DNA from: Sphaerodactylus townsendi | Taxonomy: Eukaryota | Length of the DNA stretch: 64,000 nt | Assembly (NCBI RefSeq): GCF_021028975.2 | Contig: NC_059429.1 | Span: forward strand, 57,908,001 to 57,972,000 | Reading direction: 5' to 3' | Shown: positions 1-11,100 of the stretch, piece after piece | Layout: every line of letters starts with the position of its first letter | Position numbering within the stretch: position 1 is the stretch's first letter | Position numbers and translations under genes: made by a program | Notes under the pieces: model-generated | Seen by the model: the letters and a program-made list of their open reading frames with translations, nothing else | Database searches by the model: none | What the model was told of the DNA's origin: nothing

Positions 1-399
1 AGTGTAATCTCTGGCAAAGCATACTTTTTTCATTCTCATGTTTTCTGCTTATGACACATTATCAGACAGTCAGTAGTTAAACTGTCAAAGAACTGAGTAT
101 AGTGAAAACTACATTTACACACAGTTGCCTCTTCAAGACAACCTTCAGAGCTCAGCCTTCTCTACAACTGCATGTAGAATACTGGCTATGCTAAGAAAGG
201 TTACAGCTCTAGACAAGACACATTCACTGAAAATTAAGCCCCACTGAACAAAGCAAGATGTATTTTAGAGTAAACATCCATTAGATTCAGTTGTATGTTC
301 TGTTTATAGTGATTAATGATCTCACATCACCCTTATCCATCTTTTGCATCAAAGTTTGACCTTATCTGCATGCACTGTAAGCAGGATCATTATATCAAA

Positions 400-676
400 C
401 TAGCACTAAAGCCCATTTTAAATTAAAATAAAATGGGCTCAAGAAGAGGGGAGGGAGGGGGTGACCCATACTGTTTGGGGAGAGCAACCCATACTGTTTG
501 GGGGTGGGGGAGGCTGCTGGGGTGGGGGAAGACAGGCTTGGATGGGATGGAAGGTCATGAGTCCTGCATACCCATTGGCTGGGGGTTTGTCGTCAGACAT
601 GCCATCCCTTAGGCAATTATGTACAAGGATACTCTGAATTAAATGAATATAACCTTCAGAAATTAATAGCAAAGGT
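400..676 (-). mobile_element. Short non-autonomous Helitron-like element
   Basis: Minus-strand 3' end CTAG followed by T (400-403), with a hairpin agcccatttta...taaaatgggct (410-439) about 10 nt inside; 5' boundary approximate. Confidence 0.5.
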
Positions 677-3320
677 TACAAAAAGTCCATTCCATGCTAA
701 CTGTTTCAAAAAATTCTGCTGCAGATAAAGTTCTTGAAAAAATTGACAATTTTTGACTAAATTAAAAACCCTCTCACAACCTAAGAGACAAACTTCAAAA
801 ACTACAGAACTGTCAATAGCTGTAAGAATACCCAATTAAAATCAGAGTACTAAAGCCACAGTCCACTATGGCCCCTGAGGATAAGAAACAATGTGTTTTT
901 CTTCCAAGTGATCAAATGAAAAAAAATCTAAGAGAAATAAAATCACATACTGTGGCCCACACAGTGCACTCAGTAACTGATAGGTTATTGTTTAAAAATG
1001 GCATAATGTGTTGAGAAACCACTCTTTCAATCTTATAGTTGAAAACAACAGCCATCTGGTTAACCACAGGCTGAAAAATGTTCTGCTTTCATTATCTTAA
1101 TAAGGAAAATGTATTTCCATCAGTGAGTCAGGAAGGTTAATACCCCTTGTTCAAATAAAAAAGGGATCAAGATGCCTGGTAAAATGATAACTCTTAGTCA
1201 AGGAGAGGCAGAATTGCCCCCTTAGGAGATGTACAACATTTTAAAAAATCAGTGCCCCATTTTCTAGAAACACATACAATGGGACATTTGAGAGCATAAA
1301 CAACATACACCACACAAAGCAAACATAGTAATTAATATTAAATATTTAAGCAAATACACAATGACCAATACAGAAGAACTTCAGATAAATACAATTAATC
1401 TGTTTGGCAAGCAGAAAAGGAACCAAATTATGGGGAAAACAAGTAGTGATCTATATAGAGTGCAAGCAGCAGGTGCTTTGCTGGTATATTTCCCACCCAC
1501 CCACACACAGAGCTAACGACAATAATGATGATGATGATAATAACTATCAAGAATCTACAATTTCCCTTATGGTTCTCAAGCTTTAGCAATCCTCGGACAT
1601 CCTTTCCAATTTAAAATTTTCCACACATCCTCTTTCATAGCATCTGCCACAGAGAGAGATACCAAGTTCCTAGGACAGAGTGGTCCCCAGCTACCCATCA
1701 GTACATTTTGTGACTAGTGCTCTGGGGTGACCTGGAAGTTAGGTAATTGTACATAACATGTCCCATGACCACAGTACTTGCCAATCTGAAAATGTACCAG
1801 AAATAGAGAACAAGGACTTGAGAAAACAAGTTACCGTAGTATGTCTTGCCAAAGTTCTGCTAGTATAAAGAATACATTTAACAAAAAGTACATGGCTAGC
1901 TATAGAAGAAAAGTGTGCAAAATACTCAAACACAAGGCAACACTCCAAGCTCAACCAGTTTACTATAACCCTCATACAAAGCAACATCCTTTACTTTAAT
2001 ATTAATGTAAATATACTTGGTCCCAAAATATCATTTCACGTATGGTTCAGATACAACAACAAGCTGAGGTTTGTCATGTGAACAAGCTGGGGGATGATAC
2101 CAGGTTCATACACTTCCTCCTGAACTTTAAACAATAGTTTATAAACAATAATTAAAACTTACATCAGAATCATAAACAATAGTTTTCTCTCCAGACCAGG
2201 CTTCCAAACTCTGATTTAATCTTGGAATAAAGAAAACTAAACAAACCCATAGAATGCTATTTAGATATCATGACAAACTAAAGTTTCCTACAAAAATGGT
2301 TAATAGTCTGGCTGTGTGCAGTGGGTGAAGGAGGAAATGGAACTGAGTGAGCCTGAGATCACTCAAAGCTGGTCATGTAACAAGCCATGGCTTATTATTA
2401 TATGTGCTAGTCAATACAAGCCCCTCTATGCATGACAATACGTGCCCTGAGCACAGACAGGATAGTGCTGCCCCCTCTCCACCTACATGTGATTGATTAC
2501 TCATGAGCAAGGAGACTACATGCGTAGGAAGTGACATTGCCTGTGAACACAGACTCTTGTAATTGGAAATACTACTCTTACAAGCAGGTGATGGTGCATA
2601 GGTGGGAACAAGTCTAAAGTGCCCACTCCCCTTTAGGTGCAGACTTCAAGGCACCTCTTGTCATGTATAATCAATAATTTAGCACATGCACAGAAAAATA
2701 ATGTTTTGATACACAAGCTTTGCTGTCAAAGGCTATTTCCAAACAAGGATTTTGTCCCATATCACCAGCTAGGTGTCCCACTTTTCCAAGGAATTTCCAC
2801 ACAACACCACGTTCATTCTGAGCATAATTCATGCATCTCCCTTAATATACCCTTTAAAGTCTGACTCAAAGGAGAGGCTGCAGGTGTCCATATGGGCACC
2901 ACACTCACACCCACTCTGAAGAGGGCTGGAGCTCCAGCTTCAAAATGACAGCACTCTCAGTTGACGCTCCTGATGATGCCAGCCAGGTTTGGTGAATTTT
3001 GGTTTAAGGGGTCCAAAAAAGGGGTGCCCCCATCCCTCATTGTTTCCAATGGGAGCTAATAGTAGATGGGGCTACCCTTTTGAGGATCCATAACTTTGGA
3101 TCTCCTGAACCAAACTTCACTTAACCTAGATGGTATCATCAGGATAGCCTCCCACTGATACCACCCAGGTTTGGTGAAGTTTGGATTAGGGGGTCCAAAG
3201 TTATGGACCCCCAAAAGGGGTGCCCCCATTGTTTCCAATGGGAGCTAATAGTAAATGGGGCTACCCTTTTGAAGGTTCATAACTTTGGACCTCCTGAACC
3301 AAATTTCACTAAAGCTAGGT

Positions 3321-3468
3321 CAGGGGTAGGGAACCTGCGGCTCTCCAGATGTTCAGGAACTACAATTCCCATCAGCCCCTGTCAGCATGGCCAATTGGCT
3401 ATGCTGGTAGGGGCTGATGGGAATTGTAGTTCCTGAACATCTGGAGAGCCGCAGGTTCCCTACCCCTG
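3321..3468. mobile_element. Palindromic hAT MITE (148 bp), copy 1
   Basis: TIR caggggtagggaacc; near-perfect foldback; 8-bp TSD agctaggt. Confidence 0.92.
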
Positions 3469-3843
3469 AGCTAGGTGGTATCATCAGGAGAGTCTCTTGC
3501 TGATACCACCCAGGTTTCATGAAGTTTGGTTCAGGGGGTCCAAAGCTATGGACCTCCAAAGCGAGTGCCCCATCCCCCATCCATTGGGAGATAATACTAA
3601 TGGGGCTACCCTTTTGAGGGTCCATAACTTTGGACCACCTGAGCCAAACTTCACCAAACCTGGGTGGTATCATCAGGAGAGTCTCCTGAAGATAGTCTAA
3701 AACTTTGGTGCTGTTAGCTTTAATATTGATCCCTGACAGGCACCCTCAGATTTTCTCCAGATTTTCTCTTTAAAGATTCCCCCTTTGGCGTGGATTTAAA
3801 CGGAGAATCTGGGCTCCCTAGATTTTAAAAAAACATTGAAAGT

Positions 3844-4133
3844 ATTGTCGAAGGCTTTCACGACCAGATTCAACTGGTGGTTGTTGGTTTTACAGGCCGT
3901 GTGGCCGTGGTCTGGTTGATCTTGTTCCTAACGTTTCGCCTGCATCTGTGGCTGGCATCTTCAGAGGTGTATCACAGAGAGAAAGTCTGTTATAAGAGAG
4001 GTCTGGACAGAGTGTATAACAGACTTCTCTCTGTGATACACCTCTGAAGATGCCAGCCACAGATACAGGTGAAACATTAGGAACAAGATCTACCAGACCA
4101 GGGCCATGCAGCCTGAAAAACCCACAACAACCA
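3844..4133. mobile_element. Penelope-like element terminal repeats in inverted orientation, each with a hammerhead motif
   Basis: Arms 3878-3994 and 4015-4133 are reverse complements and match the 3' end of the GIY-YIG element at 28217-29288; flanking duplication aacattgaaagt / aacgttgaaagt. Confidence 0.8.
3927..3967 (-). ncRNA. Minimal type I hammerhead ribozyme motif (Penelope-type)
   Basis: Minus strand reads CCU-CUGAAGA-U-GCC...GGC-GAAA-C-GUU-AGG: intact core, stem II GCC/GGC, palindromic AACGUU stem III, stem I CCU/AGG. Confidence 0.7.
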
Positions 4134-5019
4134 ACGTTGAAAGTGATGCTGTTTCAGGGGGGGATCTACCCTGAAACAGCATCACTTTCAATGTTGTTTA
4201 AACTAGGGAGCCCAGATTCTCCCTTAAAGATGGATTTAAAAGGAGGATCTAGGCTCTCTAGTCTAAACAACATTGAAAGTGATGCTGTTTCAGGGTGGAT
4301 CCCCCCCCCCTTCAAAAATAGCATCACTTGTTTAAACCAGGGAGCCCTGGGTGTGTTCAGATGTGTTTGTTGGGGCATGTTCTATACTGTGATGGTGACT
4401 TTGAGATGACCTGGTGCAAAAAACATTGTTTGGTCATGGTGGGGAGGGTGGCTGCCCATATTGGGGGAGGGGGATAACTCAGATTTTGCCTCGGGCTCCA
4501 TTTTCCCTAACTACACCTCTGCCTCCAGCCGCTTCCCTTTCTCTCCGAGTGGGCAGCCAGCTCAAAGGGAAGGGAAGCTGTGAAGGCAAGCAGCGGCTGG
4601 CATGTCCAGAGCCCCTCCAGCCGCTTCCCTTCCTCTCCGAGCAGGCAGACCGCTCCGAGGGAAGAGCCCCGCCAGCCGTTTCCCTTCTTTTTCGGAAGTA
4701 AAACGGAGCCCAGTGGCTGAAGGTTCCCTTCCTTCCTTTCACCCACCGCCACACACCCCTCTGCCAGGCTGCCCGGAGCAGCCTCTGGGACTGTCGCCGC
4801 TGGAGCAGCCGCTGGTGAAGGTAAGTGGGCGGGGGGAGAAGGGGGGCGGCGCCTGGAGCAGGTTTTGGCTATTTTCCCCTGGTACGCCTCTGCCGCAACC
4901 ACTCTGCTTTGAGAGTGAAAACTCTCCTATGTGAACTCACACAGACTCAGCGCTATGTAGTGAAGCCCCCTCCCCCTTCACCCTATCTGATACGCACCGT
5001 GAGACGGTCTCTGGGTATG

Positions 5020-5068
5020 TGACGTCTCACTTTTCCCTCCAATCAGAGGCTGCGCGGCGGAGTTTAAA
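5020..5068 (+). promoter_or_regulatory. Cell-cycle promoter module: CRE-like TGACGTCT (5020), CCAAT (5039), GC-rich CDE-like tract (5053-5060) and CHR TTTAAA (5063-5068)
   Basis: Motifs seen directly about 70-120 nt upstream of the ATG. The arrangement is typical of DREAM/MuvB-regulated G2/M genes. Confidence 0.65.
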
Positions 5069-5138
5069 CCAGCGGACAGACGTTGCTGGACGCGTACGTC
5101 GTTGCAGGGCCTCTCGGTTTCCCCCCTGGGGCCCTGCT

Positions 5139-5186
5139 ATGGAGAGTCGGCTGGTGACCCCGGTTCTCTTTCGGGCCACCAAGCTG
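5139..5186 (+). CDS. DEPDC1: DEPDC1 coding exon 1 ([16 protein letters not shown])
   Basis: ATG at 5139; donor CTG|GTAAGG at 5186/5187; lies in the CpG island. Confidence 0.93.
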
Positions 5187-8100
5187 GTAAGGACGACGGA
5201 GAGCTCCGGCACTCGCAAGTTGGACCCTGGAAAGGTCTCGCGACGCTGGAACAGCCTCCGAAGTCGAAGAGCGGGGGTGGGGTGTAGCTGTCACACCTTG
5301 GGTCGGTGGGTGATGGTGGGTGCGTCGTCCGGGTTGAAAGGAGAGTTGCTGCTTCCACAGCGAGAGTTGTTGCTTCCTGTGCAGGTCTATAAGCTGCTGT
5401 CTGAATTAGAAAAGAATTCCTGTGTCCATTCGTAATAAAATGGAGTTTTGTTGTTTTAAAGTGGGATGCGCTGAAGAGAGGAAAAGACAATAATGTCCAT
5501 TGAAAACAATGGGCGCTCCCTGCAATTGTGCATAATATGCAATTGTGCATATTATTTCACATTATCAGGCTGGTTAAGGATGTTAAGGAATAATAATTGA
5601 AGTTGTGGGGGCTTAATGTCCAACAAGTGTCAAATAGGCGTGTCATAATAAAATGCTGATTTGTATGGAAGCCTACTACTTAGCACTGCTTAACTAAACT
5701 GTTTATGTACAAATTTCAATCATCTTTAATGTTGAAGCAGAGATTCTAATCTAGGATGAAGACAGCACAAGTTCTTGTTTTATGTGGGAATTTGCACATA
5801 TGTAGTGTCGAATTTATAGTTTTGTGGCTCCCATTTCAAGCTATAAATTCTGCCTTATTTTTTTGTTGCTGTATTTATGATTTTTTAATTCTCAACTTTA
5901 CCTTTTGTTTTGCAGTGGAATGAAGTTACTAATCATTTTAGGGCAGGAATGCCACGAAGAAAACATAGACAGCATTTTAAAAAATATGGCAATTGTTTTA
6001 CTGCATCTGAAGCAACTGACTGGCTTCATGAATTACTCAAAAGTAATAATAATTTTGGTCTGGAAGTTACTAGGCAGCAAACTGTTCAACTGTTAAGGAA
6101 GTTTCTGAAAAATCATGTGATTGAAGATATAAAAGGAAGATGGGGCTCAGAAAACTTCGATGACAACAATAATTTGTACAGGTAGTATACATTCATATGA
6201 ACAGAATGTTAAAAATAAACTGAACAGACTATCAGTTGATCTCCCTGATGTTAGGAACTAGCAAAGAATTCTCTGCCTCCTTTGTTAATGATTTCCATTC
6301 TTTAAAGCTTGTGGTTTTGAACATTTCAAACTTTATAGAGCAAGTTACATGATATAGTGTGCCTTCTATCATGCCTGTGCTGATGCATTTTATACTATCC
6401 TGTTAATGCACCTTGTAGTTTCTACTGGCAACAGATTTATATGTGTTTTTCATGGATATTTTGAGCTTTGGGTCATATCGGCATTGCTATCCTATTTTAT
6501 TCTCTTTTTTTCATCATCTGACATGCTAACAGTTTGAACATCCTGGTGTTAGTATTGCAGATGCTGAATTGGTGAAAAAGGTTCCAAACACTTGAAAACC
6601 CTGAAGTATAAATCTACTTAGAAATCCTTCCTCTTGGTTAGGATAATTGCTCATGATAAGTGCTCATGACAAGTGGATTAAATTGTATTTTTTATTTGTG
6701 GTATGTTCTAAATTACAGATTCCCTTCAGCTTCTCCAGTTAGAAGTCTGCCAAATCGGTGTCCGTTGAGTGAGAACAAAAATATTATTCCTAAAGAGACA
6801 AACAGTGTACTTAAGTTGCCACATTTCTCCAGGATCACTCCTAAAAAACATGAACAACATGTGTGTCAGGTAATAGATTATATTTTATTCCAAATTTTGG
6901 AGGGGGTGGATTCTTCAGTTAAGATACATTTCCAGTAGACAGCTTAGTGTTTTAATGGCTTTTGTGTTCATTGGTGAGGCATGTCTGCACAAGCCAAAGA
7001 TACAAGACTGTCCATGCTATTCTTAATGTACATGTTGGCATTTTGTGACCGTCCAGTTGAAACTAGTCCCCTAGCCGCACACTGAATGACATCATCAGGC
7101 CTGCTAGTGGCCAACCCACATAACTTGTTCCCCTTTTTGCCCATTATTTCCAGAAATGTATTTTAAGGCGTTAGGGAAGGATAAAGGTAGCTTGTGACAA
7201 AGACAGAAGTTGATGAGAGAAGTTTTAGATCAGAATGAATGTCTGCTTGGCTTGGGATTGATGGCAAAATAGAAATTTCTTTCCTAGCTATAGCTATAAT
7301 TCAGTCAAAAACAATAATGGCTAGAACTTCAAAAGGAGACTACTGAATGAAAACACAGGAGCTACTGGTGCAGAATTTTTCATGCATTTGTTGTCATCTC
7401 CCTGCACCAAACATCTCTATCTTTCCTCAGACATAAAGTCTTATTTGAAGATAACAGTTCATGATAAGTCTAGCTATCCTTTATATTAAAGATTTATATT
7501 AAAATATTCATTTATTATACACTGTTAGAAATTGAAACACGGAATCATTAGATTTTCTGTACATAAGATTTGGATTGAAATTGTGAACATTTTCAAAGTG
7601 TTGGTGCTTTCTTTACTAATGATATTTAAATTGTGGACTTTTAGATAATTGGCTTAGAATATGTCCTTATGGAAGAATGTATTTTGTTTAAGAAGATGAA
7701 ATCAGTAGCAACAGCTCTTATGTCTGGCAAACATGATTTTTTTCCAGATATAAAAAAAACCTGACCTTCTGAAAAATACGATCTGGCAGTGATGTAGTGC
7801 CGGAATCTGTAGCTAACTTTTGTATTCTTTTATTCTTAATCGAAAAGTGTCATGTGCTGTTATATACCTGGTAGTTAAGGCTATGTTCCAGGGTCATGCA
7901 CTGCTGCATCAGCACACTTTTGTTCAGACTCTTGTAACTGAGTGGTAATACTCATATTCTGAGGTGCTGGGAGCCCCAAGTAAACCCCAAAGGCTTGCTC
8001 CTATGTCTCATACATTTCCTCTCAGACAGAATATCAGAGGAAAAGATTCATGGCCTATTTTAGGTTAAATTATATGAGGAATCATGGGAGTTGGCATCCA

Positions 8101-11100
8101 GCAAGTGCAATGTTTTCCAGAGGTCCCCAGGCTTTTTGAGCCTTGCGGCCCATTTGGAATTCTGACACATTATGATGGATGCAGCAACAAAATGGCCGCC
8201 ATAGCAGGCAAAAACAACTGCAAAAGTATTGCCACTGCTTAACTTCAGTAACACAGTGTAGATCCTTGTGCTGTAGTGGCAGCTGTTGCGAAAGCAATAT
8301 ATTTTAAAAATCTGCTAGTCAAAAATCAAGAAAAGATGTCACCAGGCACCATTGGTGACCACTGATCTATTCCCAAAGGAACTGTCTACATGTGCCACTG
8401 TAATTACACAGAGGTTCCTTAGACTGAAAGTCAGTGTGTGACTACAATGACTTGTGTGATTATAACGGCTGTCCGGCTTGTTGGAGGCTTATGTCAGGCT
8501 GGGAACTGTTGATATCATTTCAGTGTGATGATAACAGCAGAGTTGTTTTCAGATTACAGATTACAAACAGTTTCTAGAACAGAGTCATGCAAGATTAGGT
8601 TGCCCTTGGCTAACTATCCTACTACAAGTGCATTAAAAAGAGATTTAAGATCCAGTACTTTCAACAGATGTCTTGCTGCGCTGTGGAGAGAATACGGAAA
8701 TAGCTGACAATGGTTCCTGTTGGCTTCCAGATACCTCTTGTGAAGGGACAAATGGATTATTAGGGTTTGAATTTCCCTTTCCCAACTTTCAAGTATATAT
8801 TTCTGTATCAGTTATTGTTGGTATTTTGTAGGAAAATATAGTAAATTTAAATAGTGATACAGTTCAAGAGGATACAGACAAAATGGCACAGAGCAGGAGA
8901 ATAAGCCAAGCAGACATAGAAGAAATTTGGAGAAACATCGTTTTGATACAGTGAGTGTTCTATGATTTTCCTTTTTCTATCATTTTTTACTGTAACTAGT
9001 AGAAGAACAGTTAACATATGAGATAGTTGTAGCATCCCAGTGTATGGCCTGGGATCTTCAAAGTATTCTGGTAGCGCAGTTGATTGTACTGTACTTTTGA
9101 GGACTGGAACTTCTGAATTTAGCAAGCAGTATTTATATTTCTACGATGAGTACTCCTACTAATAGTACAATATTTTGGAATGGGTAGTGCTTTGTTAGAA
9201 AAAGAATGTTGTCTCTAATTCTTTACAGAACTGCTGCTATACTTTTCAAATGCTAGACCACTGGCTTCCTTGATAATATTTACATTTTCTTTAACATTTC
9301 TCCTTTTTGATATCTTTAATAAGTGTTCTACAGTTACTAAGCCTTCTAAAATGGTTGAAGTCAGTAGGCTTAGAAAGATAATTACTTAGGGTTGTTTGTA
9401 CTAGGCAGTGTGATAGAAGTTGAGGTTTAGTCACTTGGCCACTCTTCCACTGTATGGTGGTGGTGGTAATGATTTTGGGTGGTGAACAGGGTTGCCACGT
9501 CACCCTCAATGGCAGGAGGCTTCCCAGTGGTGACCTACTTTCCCAACTGCTGCTCCTTTGGGCAGTGCCGCAGGAGAAATGTTTTAAATTGCCAGCATCA
9601 CGTGACTACTTTTGACAAAAATCCTGAAATGATGTCACATTGCTGTAGAAATCACCAGAAATTCTATGGTGTTAATGTAGTTTGCAACATTTCTTAGAGC
9701 AATGTGCCACCGCTTCCACTTTTCCTCAGAAGGGATGTTGCACCCTGTGCCAGCATGCCCAACCCCCATCTGAAGTCATGTGGCAACTATCAGCTAGGAG
9801 CTTTACTCACGAGGTACAGTATTGTGGGGAGGGAACTTCTGATATAGTGAAAAGTATGTTTGACTCATAGGGAGCATCACAAGCCACATTGTGAAAACAA
9901 TGCTTACAGTGTCATGATTTTCTCAAATATAAAAGTAGCTGGGATTATTTTGTAGCACTATTAAATTTTTCTGCAAATATTCTGCTCAATTTTGAAACTG
10001 TGCTCCTTCTTTCTTCCTATAGTTTGCAAACTATTTTAGATGTACCTTCTTTGGAACAACTCTTGGACCCAGCAAAAATATTCCCTCAGCATGTCATATA
10101 CAACATGACAAATACAAGTAAACGTGGTGTTGTTGTTCTACAAGACAAATCTGGTAAGACTTCTAAAGTTCTTTTAAAAATCTTTTATTCTACAATGTAA
10201 ACAAAATGCAATATGAATTTTTCCAATTTGAGTAGACAGTGTCTGTAGTAAGTCTGATGAATATTGTCTAGAAACTTGGAACTTCTAGGTAAATACACTT
10301 GAGCATTGCACTCTAATAATGGAGAAGCAGAAATAAAGTTGAAATCTATCACCTGTGGCCCTTCTTTTATTTTAAAATAAAGGGATCAAATTCTCACTCA
10401 GGTTTGAAACTCATTGAGTTTTCACTTAAATGTACCCCAGTGTGGGAGATGAGAGGGGCCTGCTCTACTTAGCTGGAAATAGTTGCCCTTAGTCCCTCAG
10501 ATGAGTTTGGAATTAGCTGGGATCAAATGTTGGCCTGCTTCCTTGGGCCTCATAATGGGAGGAGAGGCAGATTCACCTCACACTGGTTGTGCCTAATTCC
10601 TCTGAGGCCTGTTCTAGTATTCTTTCCCTTCTCTAGGCAACTGTGCATCCCAAGAGTAGTTTCCAGCTGATCATCCCTGGTCTAAAATTTGCTTGGTTTA
10701 AATAGCTTAGCTACTTACCTGCAAACTCCAGCCTCCTCATTCGCTTATGTGATTGGTTTTTTGCTTTGCAAGATAATGTCCTGTGATGTTGACAAAGATC
10801 GAGAGCCCTCTGGTGCCACTTGTTACATTCCTTCCCATTGGCCCTCCTGAGCCACTGTTCAGTTTCTGGAGTGAGGCCTCAGTGACCTTTCACTGTTGTC
10901 TCTGTTGGCACCGCCACAGTCACTGCCATTGGCTCAAAGCCAGCCTTCTTGGATCTCTCTTGGCTACTGGTGACTCTTCACCACACCATGAGGTTTTGTG
11001 GTCTAGAACAGGGGTAGGGAACCTGCGGCTCTCCAGATGTTCAGGAACTACAATTCCCATCAGCCCCTACCAGCATGGCCAATTGGCCATGCTGACAGAG

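Larger units (their letters stand above)
2966..4521. repeat. Composite DNA-transposon-like repeat built of alternating direct and inverted ~120-150 bp subunits, hosting nested insertions
   Basis: Unit ccaggtttggtgaagtttgg..gggggtccaaagttatggacc and its reverse complement recur at ~2984, 3085, 3166, 3275, 3510 and 3620; second unit aacattgaaagtgatgctgtttcaggg at ~4135-4330; ends with ctacacctctg. Confidence 0.6.
4520..5370. promoter_or_regulatory. CpG island / DEPDC1 promoter
   Basis: GC- and CpG-rich stretch around exon 1, in contrast to the AT-rich, CpG-poor background. Confidence 0.8.

Noticed and set aside
3056-3700. Repeated peptides ([34 protein letters not shown]) that look like a gene family or a CRISPR-like array
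   Set aside because: They are translations of transposon subrepeats and the palindromic MITE. There is no repeat-spacer structure and the context is eukaryotic.
4414-5550. Many overlapping ORFs of 60-138 aa on both strands
   Set aside because: Expected from stop-poor GC-rich CpG-island sequence. Only the 16-codon DEPDC1 exon 1 is supported.
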